64,000 bases of DNA from Spirochaetia bacterium (GCA_965199955.1 CBDATQ010000001.1:2144001-2208000); one strand, 5' to 3'. Shown: positions 52,359 to 62,655, counted from the first letter of the stretch. Program-made: numbers and translations. Notes: a model not told the origin generated them from the sequence alone.

Positions 52359-53486
52359 ATGGGTCTTCAGATTCCCCTCATCGACATTTCGGAAGAGACG
52401 GAGCGGCACGTATTCGTTGCACACGGGACGGAGGCGGTCTATCATTGCGCGCCGACCACGGTGCTTCTGCCGGACGACAAGACGCTGTATGCCGTGTGGA
52501 CCTACGAGCACGCGGGCCAGTGCGGGCCGCTGAAGAAGAGCACGGACGGAGGCCTCACGTGGAGCGAGCTACTGCCGGTCCCCGCGAGCTGGAGCAGGGT
52601 GCGCAATGCCCCGACCATCTATCGTCTGGTCGCCCCGGACGGCCATGCTCGCCTCTTCGTGTTCGCCGGCTGTCAGGCAGCGGCCGGGGAACCTCCGACG
52701 GAGAACACCATGCAGCAGTCGCACTCGGCGGACGACGGCGCGACCTGGTCGCCCATGGCGTCCAACGGCCTGGAGTGCGTCATGCCGTTCTGCTCGATCG
52801 AGCCCGTGGACGGCGGATCACGGCTCCTGGGGATGAGCAACATCCGCAGGGCGGTGGACAGAGACGCCCGGCTGACGCCCGCGGGACACAAGGGGAACCG
52901 CATCGCTCAGAGCGTATCTTCCGATGGAGGGCTCACCTGGAGCCCGTGGGACATCGTTCTGGACATCCCGCCTCACATCCCCATCAACCCCGAGATCGTC
53001 CGCTCGCCCGATGGCTCGCAACTCCTCTGCCTGATGGGGGACAAGGGCGGGCGGTGGGAAACGATGAATCGTTCCCTGTTCATGACATCGGATGATGAGG
53101 GGGCAACCTGGTCGGAGCCGAGGGAACTGCCGCTCGGCCTCACCGGCGACCGACCCAAGCACCGGTATGCCCACGACGGGAGGCTGGTGGTCACCATGCG
53201 AAACACCGCACCGGGCTGCCCGGACACCGGCGACCTGGTCGCCTGGATCGGTACGTACGACGACGTCGTCATGGGGCGGGAGGGGCACTACAGCGCGAAG
53301 CTCCTGCGAACCCACGCCGGCGCCGACGCGTCATATCCTGCGATCGAGCTTCTTCCTGACGGGACGTTCGTGGCGACCACCTACATCAAGTACCGGCCGG
53401 GGAAGGAGAGACACTCGATCGTGAGCGTGAGATTCACGCTCGCAGAGCTGGACGGCAAGGACGCAACCGGCGTGTGCGGATCATGA
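52359..53486 (+). CDS. BNR-repeat sialidase-fold glycoside hydrolase
   Basis: Asp-boxes STDGGLTW, SADDGATW, SSDGGLTW, SDDEGATW; GDR and ASYP motifs. Confidence 0.85.
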   Translation: MGLQIPLIDISEETERHVFVAHGTEAVYHCAPTTVLLPDDKTLYAVWTYEHAGQCGPLKKSTDGGLTWSELLPVPASWSRVRNAPTIYRLVAPDGHARLFVFAGCQAAAGEPPTENTMQQSHSADDGATWSPMASNGLECVMPFCSIEPVDGGSRLLGMSNIRRAVDRDARLTPAGHKGNRIAQSVSSDGGLTWSPWDIVLDIPPHIPINPEIVRSPDGSQLLCLMGDKGGRWETMNRSLFMTSDDEGATWSEPRELPLGLTGDRPKHRYAHDGRLVVTMRNTAPGCPDTGDLVAWIGTYDDVVMGREGHYSAKLLRTHAGADASYPAIELLPDGTFVATTYIKYRPGKERHSIVSVRFTLAELDGKDATGVCGS

Positions 53487-56400
53487 CTCCCGTGCCTCTT
53501 CGCCCGCGGAGCCCAGGATCTGTTCGGCGAGCCGTTCGTCGCCTTGGCGGCGGCACACGCTGACCGCTTCCTCCTCGTCGCCGAGCCGCCGCAGCATCTC
53601 GACCGCCTCGGCATAGCGGGTCGGGCTGTGCGTGAAAAGCAGATAGTTCCGTTCTGTCGGCTGCAGATCGCCGAGCTCGTTGTCGAAGATCTCCGGCTCC
53701 ATGATCCGGAGGCACAGTTGCAACTCGCGATCGCCCGTGTCCGCCACCTCCTTCCGGAGGCGGGCGAAGAGCGCGTTGTAGCGGTCGTCCTCCGACTCGG
53801 CCCAGATCACGGACAGCAGCGAGACAATCGGGTTGATCAGGCGCAACTCGACGAGCATCTCGCTCAGCTCCTCGTACAGCGGTGAGGTGACGCCGTACTG
53901 CTTCGGCAGCGTGGCCAGGATGGCGGCGATCCGGTCGCGTCGATCTGTTTCGCCGCCGCGCTGCAGACAGCCGTGCAGCAGGCGCAGCACGATCTCCAGG
54001 CGGTCGTCGGGCAGCGTCCACAGCGTGACCTGCGAGCGCTGCCCTCGCGTCATGCCTTCGACCAACTCCAGCGGCAGCACGAGGTCGGGCCGCGCGTCCA
54101 GGTAGGCGGCGGCCGGCCCGGCTCGCGCGTGGTCCAGAAAGTAGCGGATCGCTTCTTCATGGCGCTCCAGCCGTGCGTACTGGTCACATGCCCCGTCCAC
54201 GACGGTCGCGGCGACCCGGTCGCCGTGGACCCGCTGCAGCGCCAGCCAGTGGGCCAGGGCGCGTTCGTGCTCGCCGGCGGCGCTCAGGCGGCGCGCCGAG
54301 CGGCTCACCTGCTCGGTCCGTTCCCGGCGCCGGTCCCAGTTGGCCAGCAGGTACTCGGCCAGGTATTCCACCGCCTGCCCGAGACTCTCCGGCGTTCCGG
54401 TGCGGGCGATCTCACGCGCTGCCTCACGGTGCCGGTTGTCGCTGGCCAGACAGGCAGCGGCGGCGGCGTGGTCTCCGGCCTCGTGGTAGAGCTCGAACGC
54501 CTGCGGCAGGTGGCCGCCACGGCGCTCGAAGATCTCCGCGGCCTCCCGGTTCCGTCCAAGCCCCGCCAGCCGGATGGCCTCCTTGACCCCCGGCCGCTTG
54601 CCCGCGATCTCCTCCAGCCGCTGCTCCAGGTCCTGCCGGTTGGCGGCCGAGCCGGCTGCGTGCCTGCGGAAGCAGTCGATCGCCTGGTCGAGATCGTCGT
54701 GTTTCTCATGGACGAGCGCCGCCTCGTGGTAGTCCTCAAGTTTCAGGATGCAGCGCAGCAACGCCTGCACGTCGTCCAGCCGGCGGTACAGCGGAGCGGC
54801 GTTGTCGTATTGTCCGTCCTTCTCGAACTCCTGGGCCGCGTAGTCGATCATCCCGGCATGGCGATACTGCCGCGCCGCCTCCGCATGGTCGCCGAGCAGC
54901 TTGAGATGGTGCGCGGCCTTGCCGCTCTTCTTGAGGCCCAGGTAGTGGTCGGCCAGCAGGCGGTGCTCGCCGCCGCGTTCCCAGTTGCCCAGCATCCGCT
55001 CCGTGTCGCCGAGCTTCGCCCAGCAGGCGGCGGCCTTGACGTACCGTCCCGACCCCTCGAAGTGAAGGGCGTCGCAGGTCAGGGCGCGCCGGTCTTCGCC
55101 GGCGCGGCGCCAGACCCGCGCCGCGTCGCGCCAGGCGTTGCCGCGCTCCAGGTTCTGCGCCGCCCGCTCCGGCTGGCCGTGGGCGACGAACAGGTCGGCG
55201 GCTTCGCGATGGTCTCCCGCCCGCTCCAGGTGGTGTGCGCGTGACAGCGCCTCCTTGGTGTGTGCGGCGGCGTTCCGGTAGCACTCCCCGGCGGCCGCGA
55301 AGTGCTCGCGGTCGAAGAAGTAATCTCCCTGAGCCTCCCACTCGGCCGGGCTCGACACGCGCTGCCAGACGGTGCTGAGAGCCTCCGCGTCGGCGGAGCG
55401 CAGCACGTGCTCGGCAAGCTGGTCGACCGACCAGACCGGGCCGGCTACCGGACCGTCCCAGATAACCAGCGTGTTCCGCGCCCGCGTCACGGCCACGTAC
55501 AGCAGGTTGAGCTCGTGGCGTATGCGCGGCGTCTCCGCCGCTTCCAGGCGGTGTTCCCGGGCGATGCGCCGCCAGCGGGCCGCCGAGCCCGCGGTCTCGG
55601 CGAATCGCCAGAGCAGCACCCCGTCGAACTCCAGCCCCTTCGCGTCGTTGATGGTGAACACCATCTCGGTACCGAGGGCCGCGCGCAGGCGGTCGCGTTC
55701 GGCGGGCGTGCGGACCAGCACCACCTGACCCGCACCCGCCCGTCTCATCGTGCTCAGCAGCTCGGGCTCCGCCAGGCCGTCCACCAGCAGCGGCGGCCGG
55801 CCGCGGAACGTCCAGCGCTCGGCGATCTCGCCCGAGGCCAGGCCGACCAGCGACCGCTTCAGCTCCAGCAGCTCGTTGGCCAACGCGACGATGTTGCCCA
55901 CGCTGCGGAAGTTGACGCTGAGGTTGATCACCTCCGGGACCCGCAACCCGCGCTCGTAGTAGCGGGCGCGCACCTCCTCCCAGCGGAACCCGCTGGGATT
56001 GATGATCTGCTTGGGGTCGCCGGCAAGCACCGTGCGCTGCGGATCGGCCGCCAGCCGAAACAGCAGCGCGAGCTGCATGTCGGTGAAGTCCTGCACCTCG
56101 TCGCATACGACCAGGTCATACCGGAACGAGTCGTCGTCCTGCTCCAGCCGCTGCAAGGCGGTACGGGTCAGGTCGATCTCGTCGAGCCGGGCGGTTTGTT
56201 GCAGGCGGTCCTGGTAATACTCGGCGATTCCGTAGATGTCGCGGCGGTCGAACCGGAAATTCGGCGCCCGCTTGCGGCCCAGGCTCTCGTACTCCCGCAG
56301 GGTCAACAGCGGCTGGTCCAGGCGGTCGGCCTGCCGGTCAAGGAGGCGCAGCGCCGCGTCCAGCACCAGGGTCTGCTCCGCGTGCCGGGCGCCGCCGACA

Positions 56401-57731
56401 TCGCGCACGCCGGCGGCGAAATCCTGCAGGGACCGGAACGAGGTCTTGCGCGCGCATTCCGCCTCCAGCCTGTCGCCGAGCTCCAGGTTGCCCAAGCGCA
56501 CCAGGTACTCGGCGAGCTCCGCGCGCTCGCGCCCGGTAGCCCTTGAGCGCGCGAAGCGATCGGCCAGCTCGGTGAAGCGGCGCCGGCTCACCGGCGGCTT
56601 GGCGCCCTTGATGATCGAGCGTATCTCTTCCCAGACCAGCTCCGCGTCGTAGCGGGCCGCGCTCGGGTGGTTGTGGACGATGGCGTGGAACTCCCGCAGC
56701 CCCGCGGGCGGTGCGGCGGATGCATGCTCGTCGGCCGGAAGGATCTCTTCCAGCAACTCGGAGAAGGTGGCGAACCGTGCCGCGTCCGGGGCGTCCGCCA
56801 GTTCCGTAGCCGCCACCAGGCCGCGGTAGATGCGCTCCGAGAACCGTTTCAGGTGCGGGCTGCCGGTGACGAACAGCGCGCGCTCGCTGGCGGCCGCGTC
56901 CGCGGCAGCCTGTGCATCGGCATGCACATCGTGCGCGCGTGCCTGCTCGCCGTCGTGGACCGCGCCGTCGCCGACCGCGGCGGTGTCGATCGCACTGCCG
57001 GCGAGCTGGCACGCGCGGTGCCGGAGCAGGTAATAGACGGCGATGGTCGTCTTGCCGCTGCCCGCGGTCCCGGACAGCAGCACGGGCGGCTCGCTGTGCA
57101 GCAGACGGGCCTGCGCGCCGGTCAGAAAGAGATACAGGCGCACGCCATCCGGGTCTTCCGTCTCCAGGATGCGGCGCCACTCTTCGTCGTCGACCACCAG
57201 CCAGCGCTGCGGCCCCGCGTCCGGGGCGCTGCCGTTCGGATGGCCGCCGGGCTGATCGGTGCGGCCGTGGCTCGATGCGGCCGGGAACGGGCGCTCGAAT
57301 GGCACGCCGAGGCGTTCCTCGGGCAGATCGTCGAGCACCAGCTCCGGGAGATCCTCGAACTCGTCCGGACGAAAGTCCAGAAACGGCGCATTGGCCGCAA
57401 CGATGCGCCGCTCCGCCGCGGTGACGTCGTCGTGCTTGACCACGCCCCAGACGTAGATCCGTGTGTCGCCGGCGCCGCTCACCTCGCCGCCCGCGACGCC
57501 CGCCGCAGGCGCGCGACCCAGCGTGAACAGGATACGGTCGCCCCGCGTCAGCCGCGCCTCGAAGCTGGAGCGGCCCCCCTTGAGCTTCTTGACCCGCACG
57601 CCGGCATCCCACATGCCGTGCCGGAGGAACTCCAGCTTCTCGCGCAGCCGCTCCTTCTGACGGCTGCCGAGGGCAGCGATATGCGAGCGCACGGCGTCGT
57701 GGAGGAGCAGGAGATACGTGCGTTGCTGCAT
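53481..57731 (-). CDS. RelE/ParE-like domain + SF1 (UvrD-like) helicase + TPR-like repeats; TRANK1-like
   Basis: N-terminal VKKLKG…FEARLTRGDRILF…VWGVVKHDDV; SGTAGSGKTT, DEVQD, AGDPKQ, NFRS, AKGLEFD, LYVAVTRAR; about 600-aa helical repeat tail. Confidence 0.88.
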   Translation of the reverse strand: MQQRTYLLLLHDAVRSHIAALGSRQKERLREKLEFLRHGMWDAGVRVKKLKGGRSSFEARLTRGDRILFTLGRAPAAGVAGGEVSGAGDTRIYVWGVVKHDDVTAAERRIVAANAPFLDFRPDEFEDLPELVLDDLPEERLGVPFERPFPAASSHGRTDQPGGHPNGSAPDAGPQRWLVVDDEEWRRILETEDPDGVRLYLFLTGAQARLLHSEPPVLLSGTAGSGKTTIAVYYLLRHRACQLAGSAIDTAAVGDGAVHDGEQARAHDVHADAQAAADAAASERALFVTGSPHLKRFSERIYRGLVAATELADAPDAARFATFSELLEEILPADEHASAAPPAGLREFHAIVHNHPSAARYDAELVWEEIRSIIKGAKPPVSRRRFTELADRFARSRATGRERAELAEYLVRLGNLELGDRLEAECARKTSFRSLQDFAAGVRDVGGARHAEQTLVLDAALRLLDRQADRLDQPLLTLREYESLGRKRAPNFRFDRRDIYGIAEYYQDRLQQTARLDEIDLTRTALQRLEQDDDSFRYDLVVCDEVQDFTDMQLALLFRLAADPQRTVLAGDPKQIINPSGFRWEEVRARYYERGLRVPEVINLSVNFRSVGNIVALANELLELKRSLVGLASGEIAERWTFRGRPPLLVDGLAEPELLSTMRRAGAGQVVLVRTPAERDRLRAALGTEMVFTINDAKGLEFDGVLLWRFAETAGSAARWRRIAREHRLEAAETPRIRHELNLLYVAVTRARNTLVIWDGPVAGPVWSVDQLAEHVLRSADAEALSTVWQRVSSPAEWEAQGDYFFDREHFAAAGECYRNAAAHTKEALSRAHHLERAGDHREAADLFVAHGQPERAAQNLERGNAWRDAARVWRRAGEDRRALTCDALHFEGSGRYVKAAACWAKLGDTERMLGNWERGGEHRLLADHYLGLKKSGKAAHHLKLLGDHAEAARQYRHAGMIDYAAQEFEKDGQYDNAAPLYRRLDDVQALLRCILKLEDYHEAALVHEKHDDLDQAIDCFRRHAAGSAANRQDLEQRLEEIAGKRPGVKEAIRLAGLGRNREAAEIFERRGGHLPQAFELYHEAGDHAAAAACLASDNRHREAAREIARTGTPESLGQAVEYLAEYLLANWDRRRERTEQVSRSARRLSAAGEHERALAHWLALQRVHGDRVAATVVDGACDQYARLERHEEAIRYFLDHARAGPAAAYLDARPDLVLPLELVEGMTRGQRSQVTLWTLPDDRLEIVLRLLHGCLQRGGETDRRDRIAAILATLPKQYGVTSPLYEELSEMLVELRLINPIVSLLSVIWAESEDDRYNALFARLRKEVADTGDRELQLCLRIMEPEIFDNELGDLQPTERNYLLFTHSPTRYAEAVEMLRRLGDEEEAVSVCRRQGDERLAEQILGSAGEEARES

Positions 57732-57789
57732 GCCGGGGCCGTCCGTGGATCGTACCCCATACGGAGGTGCACCGCGCCGGCTCCTGGGC

Positions 57790-59046
57790 TCAGGTCGCCC
57801 CGCCGCGCACGGCGGCGTCGGCCCGCCGCGGCATGAGCAGCAGCGCGAGCAGCTTCAGGGCCACGCCGGCGCCGATCAGCAGGTGGATCGGCCGCGGATC
57901 GATCGTTTCGGCCTGCACGTCGGGCCCGAACACGCTGCGCAACAACGCAGCGGTGAGCAGCGGGGTGAAGGCGCTCACCACTCCACGGCTGAAGAAGATC
58001 AGCGTGAAGTCGCCGGTCTGATCGCCCCGCGTGCCCCAGCGCATGATCAGCGTCTGCTCCGCCGGGCTCATGATGCCCCGCGCCGCCTCCTGCAGGATCA
58101 GCGCGACCGCGACCAGCACCGCCGCACCCGGCGTGGCGCCGATCAGCAGCAGGGGAATCAGCGCGCTGATCACGACCGACACCTGGAACAGCGGCAGCGG
58201 CTCGTGGTGCTTCTGCAGCCACCGGTTGGCGAACGCGGACAGGCCCTTCGCGGCTTTCGACACCGCCAGGAACGCGTTGATCAGGAAGAACGACAGGCCC
58301 AGGTATTTGAGGTAGAGGATGTCCAGGAACGAGGTGCCCAGCCCGTCGGCGAACGCCGTCGCGGTCTGGAACAGATACATGCGCCGGAACGGGCCGAACC
58401 GCAGCGAGCCCGCCACCTGGCCGCGGATCGACTGGCGCGCCGGCTGCCCGGCGGCGGAGTCATGCGCCGACGCCAGCAGCCACAGCGCCACCGTCCCGAA
58501 CAGCAGGCCGGTGCCGAACGCGAGCGCGAAGCCGGCGGTGCCGGGCAGCGCGTCCACCAGCGCGCCGGCCAGCGGCGGCGCCACCACCGCGCCGATCATG
58601 GCGACCGACAGCCGGGTGCTCAGGAATCGGCTGTGCTCCGCAGGAGGGATGGCGTCGGAGATCCACGCCCGGCTCAACGGCGCGTACAGCGCGGACGCGA
58701 TGCGGGCGATGCCGGCCAGCGCCAGCAGCCACCACACCGCGTCCGGCGGGCGCGTGAACAGCAACAACAGGATGCCGACGCGGCTGCACAGCCGGATCGC
58801 GTACACCGTCATCATGACGATGCGCCGCGAGCCGCGCGCCGCCCGCACCAGCCATGGCGCGACCAGGATGGCCGCGAACCCGAAGCCTCCGATCGAGCCC
58901 AGCAGGCCGATCTGAATGGTCGTGGCCCCCAGCCACAGCGCCAGGCCCGTGAACACCACACCCTCGGTCGCGTAGCTGAACAGGTTCTGGAACAGGAACT
59001 CCAGCGTCAGCGCGCGCGAGGTGCGCCGTGGGTCGTAAGCGTTCAT
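57790..59046 (-). CDS. MFS transporter
   Basis: About 12 hydrophobic segments; LGATTIQIGLL, WISDAIP…RF. Confidence 0.8.
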   Translation of the reverse strand: MNAYDPRRTSRALTLEFLFQNLFSYATEGVVFTGLALWLGATTIQIGLLGSIGGFGFAAILVAPWLVRAARGSRRIVMMTVYAIRLCSRVGILLLLFTRPPDAVWWLLALAGIARIASALYAPLSRAWISDAIPPAEHSRFLSTRLSVAMIGAVVAPPLAGALVDALPGTAGFALAFGTGLLFGTVALWLLASAHDSAAGQPARQSIRGQVAGSLRFGPFRRMYLFQTATAFADGLGTSFLDILYLKYLGLSFFLINAFLAVSKAAKGLSAFANRWLQKHHEPLPLFQVSVVISALIPLLLIGATPGAAVLVAVALILQEAARGIMSPAEQTLIMRWGTRGDQTGDFTLIFFSRGVVSAFTPLLTAALLRSVFGPDVQAETIDPRPIHLLIGAGVALKLLALLLMPRRADAAVRGGAT

Positions 59047-59128
59047 GCTCCTTCCTCTACGGCGGCGTAAGCGGGCATGATCGGGACATGACACATCCCG
59101 ACTCCAGCATAGCCTTCGGGCTTCGAAC

Positions 59129-60058
59129 GTGACCGTGGACCACGCAGGACCGCTCGCCTACCTGAACGGCGAGTTCATTCCGACCGAGGAGTGCAAGCTG
59201 CCGGTCTACGACCTGGGCATCGTGCTGGGAGCGGCGGTCACCGACTTCCTGCGCACCTTCGGCGGCGAGCCCTATCGGCTGGCCGACCACGTGAACCGCC
59301 TGTACCGGTCGTGCCGGTACGCTCACATCGATCCGCCGATCGACGCCGAGGAGTCGATGGAGGTCACGCGCCGGCTGATCGACCACAACCGCCAGGTCGC
59401 CGGCGGCGCGGAGCTCGGGGTGATCTACTACGTGACGGCGGGGCAGAACCCGGTCTACGCCGGCGCCGCGGCGCTGCCGAAGCACAGAACGGCCACCTAC
59501 GTGCAGCACACCTTCCCGATGCCGTTCCATCTCTGGAAGCCGATGTTCACGCGGGGGGTGCACGGCGTGACGCCTTCCAACCGCCACTGGCCCCCCGAGT
59601 GCCTCTCGTCGAAGATCAAGAACCGCAACCGGTTGCACATGTGGATCGGCGACTACCAGGCGCACCAGATCGACCCCGCCGCGATGGCCGTCTATCTGGA
59701 CATCCACGGCAACATCACCGAGACCGGCGGGTCCAACTTCGTCATATACCGGGACGGCCAGGTGGTGTCTCCGCGACGGCGCAACATCCTGTGGGGCATC
59801 AGCCTGACGGTGCTCACCGAGCTGCTGGCCGATCTTGGCATCGGCTTCATGGAGGACGACCTGCAGACCTACGACGCGATCAACGCGGAGGAGGCATGGG
59901 TGCCCACCACGCCGTATTGCCTGGCGCCGGTGGTGCGCTTCAACGGCGTTCCGATCGGCGACGGCACGCCCGGGCCGGTGTGGCGGCGCGTGCTGGACCG
60001 CTGGAGCGAGGTGGTCGGCACCGACATCTACCATGAGGTCGCGGGCAGCTCCGAGTAG
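59129..60058 (+). CDS. Aminotransferase class IV (IlvE/D-amino acid aminotransferase-like)
   Basis: YLNGEF, DLG…G, HVNRL, catalytic-Lys region KIKNRNR, ITETGGSN, ILWGIS, IGDGTPGP. Confidence 0.9.
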   Translation: MTVDHAGPLAYLNGEFIPTEECKLPVYDLGIVLGAAVTDFLRTFGGEPYRLADHVNRLYRSCRYAHIDPPIDAEESMEVTRRLIDHNRQVAGGAELGVIYYVTAGQNPVYAGAAALPKHRTATYVQHTFPMPFHLWKPMFTRGVHGVTPSNRHWPPECLSSKIKNRNRLHMWIGDYQAHQIDPAAMAVYLDIHGNITETGGSNFVIYRDGQVVSPRRRNILWGISLTVLTELLADLGIGFMEDDLQTYDAINAEEAWVPTTPYCLAPVVRFNGVPIGDGTPGPVWRRVLDRWSEVVGTDIYHEVAGSSE

Positions 60059-60062
60059 CCCT

Positions 60063-61334
60063 ATGTCCAGACTCCGACAGTTGGGCAAGACCGCCCGCAT
60101 AATACGGCACGCGGCGTGGCTCGCCGTGGCGCTGGTGACCGTGACGCCGGCAGGGTCCGACCCGCCCGATGAGGCTGTCCCTTGGGCAAGCCGGTTCGAC
60201 GAGGTGCGCGCGCTCTGGGTGATCCGCCACTCGATCGACAGCCCCGCTGAGGTGCGAACGATGGTGGAAGCGGCCGCCGCCGGCGGCTTCAACACGCTGC
60301 TGGTGCAGGTCCGAGGCCGAGGCGACGCCCTGTACGCATCGAGCCTGGAGCCGCGGGCGGAGTCCCTGCCCGACGACCCGGCCTTCGACCCTCTGCAGCT
60401 CGTGATCGACGAAGCGCACGCGCGCGGCATGGACGTGCACGCGTGGGTGAATACCTATCTGGTGTGGGGGCTGCAGGACCTGCCGCGCAGTCGCCTGCAT
60501 CTGGTCAACGCCAACCCCGAATGGCTGGCGGTGCCCCGCAGCCTGGGCCGGGAGCTCTACATACGCAACCCACGCGATCCCCGCTACCTGCGGCGCCTGA
60601 CCGAGCACGCACGGGCCAACAGTCAGACCGTTACCGGGCTCTGGTCCAGTCCCTCGCATCCGGCGGTGCAGGCGCGGGTGCAGGCGGTCTGGCTGGAGCT
60701 GGCCACCAACTACGACCTGCAGGGCATCCACTTCGACTACGTGCGGCTGCCGTCGGGGGAGTTCGACTACTCGCGCGGGACGCTCGACCGGTTCCGCGGC
60801 TGGGTCAGGCCGCACCTGTCCAGCCAGCGTTACGCCGACCTGGTGGCGGCGTCCGGCTCCAACCCGTTCGCGATGGCAGATTCTCTGGGTGATCTGTGGG
60901 ATCAGTTCCGGCGCGATCAGGTATCGATGCTGGTTAGCCGCATCTACCGCTCCGTGAAGGAGGTCCGCCCGGAACTGGTCGTCTCCGCGGCCTTGGTCCC
61001 GAACCCGAAAGAGGCTCGCGTGAAGCGGTATCAAGACTGGTGGAGCTGGCTGGCCGACGGCGTCCTGGACGTGGCGGTGCCGATGGCGTACACGACCGAT
61101 CGCGAGCAGTTCGGCGCCTGGGTCGAGGAGGCGCGGATCTCCGTCGGCGAACGCGAACGTGTCTGGGTGGGAGTCGGGGCCTACAAGAACCCGGTAAGTG
61201 AGACGCTGCGGCAGATCGAGGATGCTCGCACGCGGGGAGTAGGCGGGGTGGTCGTGTTCGCCTACGACTCCGCGTCCAGCACGCCGGCGCAGCCCGGTTC
61301 GCTGGAGCAGATCGGCCGCGAGGCATTCCAGTAG
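60063..61334 (+). CDS. GHL10 / YddW-like glycosyl hydrolase with signal peptide
   Basis: RALWV, VQVRGRGDALY, FDPL…AHARGMDVHAW, GIHFDYVR, QDW…PMAY. Confidence 0.88.
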   Translation: MSRLRQLGKTARIIRHAAWLAVALVTVTPAGSDPPDEAVPWASRFDEVRALWVIRHSIDSPAEVRTMVEAAAAGGFNTLLVQVRGRGDALYASSLEPRAESLPDDPAFDPLQLVIDEAHARGMDVHAWVNTYLVWGLQDLPRSRLHLVNANPEWLAVPRSLGRELYIRNPRDPRYLRRLTEHARANSQTVTGLWSSPSHPAVQARVQAVWLELATNYDLQGIHFDYVRLPSGEFDYSRGTLDRFRGWVRPHLSSQRYADLVAASGSNPFAMADSLGDLWDQFRRDQVSMLVSRIYRSVKEVRPELVVSAALVPNPKEARVKRYQDWWSWLADGVLDVAVPMAYTTDREQFGAWVEEARISVGERERVWVGVGAYKNPVSETLRQIEDARTRGVGGVVVFAYDSASSTPAQPGSLEQIGREAFQ

Positions 61335-61506
61335 GCCACGGGTGCGGCGGCTGTGGTGCTTCGCCCGTGGGGCTCAGCGGTTAGCGACGGAGATGGGCGG
61401 CGAGCAACGGACGAAGACGAACCGCTTCATGTTACGGGTCGTGTCATACCGCTTGTATCATACTTTATCTATGATACGAGAGGTGCCCATAGCGGTAGTG
61501 TGGCGG

Positions 61507-62310
61507 TTACAGCGGCTCCAGACCCAGTTCCAGCAGCGGCGCGACCATCTTGCGCAGCCGCGGGTCGCCGGACTCCGCGAACGCGCGCGGCGCGTTGATC
61601 CCGCGGCCCATGGCGTTCCGGTACTTCACCCACCGTTTCTGGTGCGCGGCGACCGGATTGGCCATGAACGCGAAGGAGAGCTGCCGGCGTACTCCCTTCG
61701 CGCCGAAGGCCGCGTGCGGGAGATCCTCCGTGAACACGCACGCGTCGCCCAACCGTGACGGCAGCGGCAGGTGCGGCACCTCCTGCGGGCTGATTCCCCA
61801 CGGGAGCTCGTCCTGCAGCGTGCGGTTGCGCACCGGGAAGAGGTAGTCCGGCACCCCGCCCCAGCGGGAGTCCATCCACCGCAGCAGGTTGCGGTGGGCG
61901 CCGGGGATGATGCGCAGGCAGCCGTTGGTCTCGTCCAGATCGTCCAGGTACAGGGAGACCTTGATCGAGACGAGCGGTTTCTGCTCGACACCGCTGTCGC
62001 TGTGCCACGGGGTATCCCCGACGTGCCACTGCGCGTCTGAGCCTTCGTACGTGAAGTCGTGCCCCAGGATCTTGGCCGGGATGTCGTACACCCGTTCGTC
62101 CAGCAGCAGCGCCCGGACCCGCTCGCCGATCACGGCCACGTCGCCGATGCCGCCACTCTTCGTCGCGGTGTCACCGGGAATCTGGCCGCGCTCGTGACCG
62201 AGCCGTTCCAGCTCCGCGCGGATCGCCAGCGCTTCATCACGCGACAGCAGGCCGGGCAGCGGCAGAAAGCCGAAGGCGATGAAGTGCCCGACGTTCTCGG
62301 TTCCGATCAT
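61507..62310 (-). CDS. Phytanoyl-CoA dioxygenase family protein (intact triad)
   Basis: FIAFGFL, PWHSD, GCLRIIPGAH, LPHAAFG. Confidence 0.88.
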   Translation of the reverse strand: MIGTENVGHFIAFGFLPLPGLLSRDEALAIRAELERLGHERGQIPGDTATKSGGIGDVAVIGERVRALLLDERVYDIPAKILGHDFTYEGSDAQWHVGDTPWHSDSGVEQKPLVSIKVSLYLDDLDETNGCLRIIPGAHRNLLRWMDSRWGGVPDYLFPVRNRTLQDELPWGISPQEVPHLPLPSRLGDACVFTEDLPHAAFGAKGVRRQLSFAFMANPVAAHQKRWVKYRNAMGRGINAPRAFAESGDPRLRKMVAPLLELGLEPL

Positions 62311-62645
62311 GAGTCCAGTCCGCCCTCGGGAAAGCCGAGCTCCTGCAGCCCTGTGACCATCGCCCGGACCCGCGGGTCCAGGTGGGTGAGCAGGGAGCGG
62401 GGCTGGTAGCAGCCCTCCGGTTGCACGGCCGCCCGAGACTTCAGGTGGACCACCTGGTCCTCCCGCCACGGCAACTGCAGGAAGGCGATGGCGATCTGGC
62501 ACCGCGGGAATTTCGTGCCGAACGCGCGGCGGATGGCCGTGTCGAACTCGCGCTGGATGAACGCGGTCTCTTCGGCATCGAATGCCTGCTTCAGGTGCAG
62601 GTATCCGAACGCCTGGAACAGGTCGACCTGATCGCTCGTCAACAC
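62307..62645 (-). pseudogene. PhyH family paralog with in-frame deletion of the catalytic core
   Basis: LTSDQVDLFQAFGYLHL N-terminus joined directly to the AFG…DPRVRAMVTGLQELG C-terminus; 112 aa versus about 267 aa for its neighbours. Confidence 0.75.
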
Positions 62646-62655
62646 GATGCCACTC

